Positions 60,426-64,000 of a stretch of 64,000 nucleotides of DNA are shown piece after piece. The position numbers and the translations under genes were made by a program. The stretch comes from Lentisphaeria bacterium (GTDB taxonomy: Bacteria > Verrucomicrobiota > Lentisphaeria > JABSQK01 > JAWLHB01): positions 76,335-140,334 of the forward strand of contig JAWLHB010000019.1 in the NCBI GenBank assembly GCA_041690595.1, written 5' to 3'. The notes below the pieces were generated by a model, which was not told the origin of the DNA, did not search any database, and saw only the letters and a list, made by a program, of their open reading frames with translations. The first letter of the stretch is position 1, and each line of letters starts with the position of its first letter.

Positions 60426-61505
60426 ATGCCAAGACCCGAAAAATTCCATCTGCCCCTCGATGCCATTCGCCGCCGCATTCTGGACGGCCTCTACGCGGAC
60501 GGCGATCGGCTCCCCGCCGAGCAGCAGCTCTGCCGCGAATTCTCCCTCTCCCGAAGCTGCATCCGCAAAGCTCTCGACCATCTTCGACAGGAAGGCCTGA
60601 TCCTCACCGAAGCCGGCAACGGCCACTTCGTCTCCTGCCGCAAGCAGCACGCGCCCTGCGCCGATACCGCCCTCCTCATGCCCATCAACTTTGCCGACTG
60701 GAGTATCTCCAACGCCCACTGCCTCCTCTACTCTCTCCTGGAGCAGCAGGTCATTCAGCAAGGCTGCCGCTTCACCCACATTCAACTTCGCTTCGGCCAG
60801 AACGCCGAAGAGGTGCTCCGCCAGGTCGAAGACGCCGCCGCGCCATGGATCATCGTCGACCTCCAGGCCCACGCCGTTCTCCACGCCGACGCCCTTCTCT
60901 GGCACCTCCTCGAGAACCTCCGCTGCCGCGTCGTCGTCACCGGCTTCGTCGGCAGCTCCTATACCACCGGCTTTGACCAGGTGGGCATGGATTGGGCCGG
61001 AGGCACCCGCCTCGCCACCGATTATCTGATCCGCCAGGGCCATCAGCGCATCCGCTTCGCCGGCTACGATGGCGTTGACTGGAGCGACGATCGCCGCGCC
61101 GCCTTCCTTGCCGCCCTCCGCCAGGCCGGCCGCTGGCAGATCGGCCAGCCCCACCCCTGCATTCCCTTCCCCGGCGAAATCCTCTACGATCGCGTCGACC
61201 GTCCCTCATCCACCAACGCCCGCCGCGCCGCCATTAACCTCCGCGACGCTCTCGCCGCCTCCCCCGCCGACGCCGTCATCTGCGCCAACGACGCACTCGC
61301 CCTCGAACTCCTCTCCCTCGCCCCCCGCGATCAACTGCCCGTCCTCCTCGGCTTCGACAACTCCCCCGGCGCCAAGGAACACGGCTTCACCTCCGTCGGC
61401 ATGGATCTGCGTCGCCACGCCGATCAGATCTTCGACCTCCTTGCCGCTCCTCCCGCTCCCGTCACCCAACTCATCCGCGTTCCCACCCTCCTCGCCACCC
61501 GCTGA
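60426..61505 (+). CDS. GntR wHTH plus LacI-type sugar-binding domain transcriptional regulator
   Basis: RLPAEQQLCREFSLSRSCIRKAL..GNGHFV; C-terminal YLIRQGHQRI, DAVICAND, LGFDN. Confidence 0.92.
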   Translation: MPRPEKFHLPLDAIRRRILDGLYADGDRLPAEQQLCREFSLSRSCIRKALDHLRQEGLILTEAGNGHFVSCRKQHAPCADTALLMPINFADWSISNAHCLLYSLLEQQVIQQGCRFTHIQLRFGQNAEEVLRQVEDAAAPWIIVDLQAHAVLHADALLWHLLENLRCRVVVTGFVGSSYTTGFDQVGMDWAGGTRLATDYLIRQGHQRIRFAGYDGVDWSDDRRAAFLAALRQAGRWQIGQPHPCIPFPGEILYDRVDRPSSTNARRAAINLRDALAASPADAVICANDALALELLSLAPRDQLPVLLGFDNSPGAKEHGFTSVGMDLRRHADQIFDLLAAPPAPVTQLIRVPTLLATR

Positions 61506-61520
61506 CCACCAACGGCCCAT

Positions 61521-61926
61521 CCTGGGCACGCCACTCGCCTGAGTGGCCCCGGCGTCCGCCGTTGCCCCTCCCCAACCTCCCATCACCGCTCCCGCGCACC
61601 CTGGGCACGCCACTCGCCTGAGTGGCCCCGGCGTTGCCCTTCGCCCCTCCCCAACCTCCCATCACCGCTCCCGCGCCCCCCTGGGCACGCCACTCGCCTG
61701 AGTGGCCCCGGCGTTCGCCGTTGCCCCTTCCCCAACCTCTCATCTCTCCTCACTTCCCACCGCCCCCCGCTTCCTCTTTGCGATCCTTGCGTTCTTTGCG
61801 GCAAAAACCTTCCCTGGGCACGCCACTCGCCTGAGTGGCCCCGGCGTTGGACGCTGCCCCTTCCCAACCGCCCATCACCGCTCCCGCGCCCCCTGGGCAC
61901 GCCACTTGCCTGAGTGGCCCCGGCGT
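61521..61926. repeat. Array of five 35-bp palindromic REP-like repeats
   Basis: CCTGGGCACGCCACTCGCCTGAGTGGCCCCGGCGT at 61521, 61600, 61680, 61813 and 61892 (last has 1 mismatch). Linkers of 44/45/98/44 bp resemble one another. Confidence 0.93.
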
Positions 61927-62636
61927 TGGACGTTGCCAACGGCCCTGCCATCGCCATCATCCCCCCGCGTGAGCTCAATTCCACCGGACTCATTATACTC
62001 GCTTCCTCTTCGCGATCTTTGCGCTCCCTGCGTTCTTTGTGGTTAAACAGCTTTGCCCCTCGCCCTCGGCCCAACTTACGGAACGTCCCCACACCCCTCG
62101 CTTCCTCTTTGCGCTCCTTGCGTTCTTTGCCGTTATAACCGCCCGTCCAGCCCTTCCGCCCGCTCGCTTCCTCACTCCTGTCGCGGGCTTAGAAGGGATT
62201 GTTCAGGCTAATGACAGGAGAATGAATTGACCTATTACACGGATACGCTACCTTCTTCCTCATATACATGAACCACCCGCGCGCGACGAACAATCGCGCC
62301 ACCCTCGTTCCTTCATACCAATTCCCAAACAGACCCCCATAGCATTCGGTAAGTCCGGTACCGAGATCAGAAACTGACGACGGATAATCACTTGAACAGA
62401 TGAATCTGTCCCGTCGCTGTTGCCCATGATCCTTGCGAAATATGCACGTAAAAACAAACCTCCTGCTCGAAGGAAGTACGCTCAATGAAACGATATGGGG
62501 GGGTTAGTATTTGCTCTGCCATGTCATGCAATGTCAGGAGAGTCTAATAGCTTTGATGATCGTTTTGACAATTACATAAAAAATGTTAGAGCCCAGGTTG
62601 CTCTGTCAATGAACTCCTTTACCCGGGAAGCAATGT

Positions 62637-63548
62637 ATGGCTTACAAATTTCCATTGATCCTCCTCATGGTGGCAAGTTTCTCAGCGGTTGCTGAAATCA
62701 CCAGGGAGAGCCTGGACAAATTCTATGGTATCTTCTCCAAGCATTTGGCTGACGCGGGAGACGACTTTGAAAGTATCGGGCGAGAGCTGGTAAAGAACGC
62801 TAAGCTTGATATTGCTGAGGATTCCTCGGATTACCGGCAGCTTGGCATGATTGGTAAGGCATGGATCTTGGCTGCGGAAGGAAACATGGACAAGGCAAAG
62901 CAGGTGATTGGAGAGGTTGACGAGAATCTAATCGACCACCGGGTCGCTGAAGCGTATTATCTGTTGGCCAAATACGCGTTTTCCGGCGAGGTCGACTACA
63001 TGATACAATGCTTGCGTACCGAGATTGGTTTCTTGATCTATTGCTCGGTGCTTCGTGACGACAGATTTGGAGAGGTGTTATCAGCTTTCAATGGTGATAT
63101 TGCGGCCGAAATAGCACGGATTGAAAACCGTGGCGAAAAGGACGACTCTTCTGGCCTCGTAATACTACCGAATTACTATGAGGTTCTTTATATTGCCGCC
63201 CATAATGGCGTTGATGAATCGCAATTGGCGCCCTGGCTACGCTACTTTGACTATTTCATGGCGTCAAGGTTCTCGTCACCCGAACACTCGTCTCTTGGTT
63301 CACCTGAAGAGAACATTCATCGATTCTGGAGGCTAGTGGAAGCTGGCTCTGATGAGCAGAAACAGGCAGCCAAAGCTGTGTTGCGGAAAGTGTTAGTATT
63401 TGCAATGCATAATCCGGGGCCTGAAAATGACTTTTATGTTATGAATAGCATTCACAGGAAAGATGGAAGAGAAATGTTTGATGCGCTGCGTTTTGATCTC
63501 AACAGGTGGGTTCGGTTTCTTGAAGACTTTGATCTTAATAGGCGGTGA
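62637..63548 (+). CDS. Secreted hypothetical helical protein, AT-richer than flanks
   Basis: 303-aa ORF with signal peptide MAYKFPLILLMVASFSAVA and atypical codon usage. Confidence 0.75.
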   Translation: MAYKFPLILLMVASFSAVAEITRESLDKFYGIFSKHLADAGDDFESIGRELVKNAKLDIAEDSSDYRQLGMIGKAWILAAEGNMDKAKQVIGEVDENLIDHRVAEAYYLLAKYAFSGEVDYMIQCLRTEIGFLIYCSVLRDDRFGEVLSAFNGDIAAEIARIENRGEKDDSSGLVILPNYYEVLYIAAHNGVDESQLAPWLRYFDYFMASRFSSPEHSSLGSPEENIHRFWRLVEAGSDEQKQAAKAVLRKVLVFAMHNPGPENDFYVMNSIHRKDGREMFDALRFDLNRWVRFLEDFDLNRR

Positions 63549-63936
63549 CTTTCAGGGATGTTTATGATGCTGTAAAGCATCAAGCGTTCCTTTTTGTACC
63601 CGCTTCGTGCTCTTCGTGTGCTTCGTGGTTCAAAACTCTGGCGTTTGCTTACCAGATTCATGCATGAACAGGGAAAGTCAGAATACAGACCGGACGGATT
63701 TCATCACGAAGAGCGCGAAGGGACACGAAGGATATCGGCGGCGGGACCAAACTGTCTTTCTCTGCGATCTCTGAGACCTCTGTGGCAAACCTGCCCTCCT
63801 GGCCACGCCCGACCGGATCGACTGGACACGCCATAGGGAAGAAGATATGCTGCACGTAACACCTCATTGGGAAGTCGCCATGGAAAGCTTGCCAGGCCAA
63901 GTACGGTAAATGCTGCGACAACTAGGGAAAAGTGGA

Positions 63937-64000
63937 ATGTCACCAAAAAAGACTGCGATCCTGGGTTTGTATCTGTTGTTTGGTTTTCTCTTTGCATCCG
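63937..64000 (+). CDS. Partial ORF starting with a signal/TM segment (runs off right edge)
   Basis: ATG at 63937 reads MSPKKTAILGLYLLFGFLFAS; purine-rich upstream. Confidence 0.45.
   Translation, partial: MSPKKTAILGLYLLFGFLFAS

Noticed and set aside
61521..61926. CRISPR array
   Set aside because: Linkers are near-copies of one another, one is 98 bp, there is no AT-rich leader, no cas genes lie in the window, and a solo copy exists at ~43020.
62442..62695. Phase-variable gene via the G-run at ~62497
   Set aside because: The upstream frame is only ~20 codons and the joined product has no recognisable features.
63549..63800. Integron attC site
   Set aside because: No RYYYAAC...GTTRRRY-bounded imperfect palindrome, and no integrase seen.

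Overview
GC-rich bacterial DNA, most likely from an anaerobic PVC-superphylum organism (Lentisphaeria/Kiritimatiellia-like). That inference rests on DUF1559-type prepilins, DUF4838, a sulfatase and giant CBM9/NHL secreted proteins. Left to right: (i) a signalling operon of Hpt, REC-Ser/Thr kinase and a GAF sensor; (ii) prenyltransferase-repeat, YkvA and YihY genes; (iii) a LamG / DUF4838-FGE / sulfatase operon; (iv) an esterase, a GT-C, a response regulator, a nitroreductase and ugd; (v) a divergent glycyl radical enzyme with its activase; (vi) a hybrid kinase-CheR-hybrid kinase operon; (vii) a heptose cassette (hddA, GT2, gmhB, gmhA); (viii) a Lol-like ABC system; (ix) a ~17 kb GntR-linked locus of two prepilin-led modules of carbohydrate-active-like proteins; (x) REP-like repeat arrays and AT-richer orphan ORFs at the right edge. 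I recognised no tRNA, rRNA, transposase or cas gene. The strongest leads are the twin prepilin-led glycan modules, the non-canonical GRE, and a gene-orientation-independent G/C skew that flips twice (~13.8 kb and inside a gene at ~31.6 kb). All domain calls come from motif recognition by eye, not database searches.
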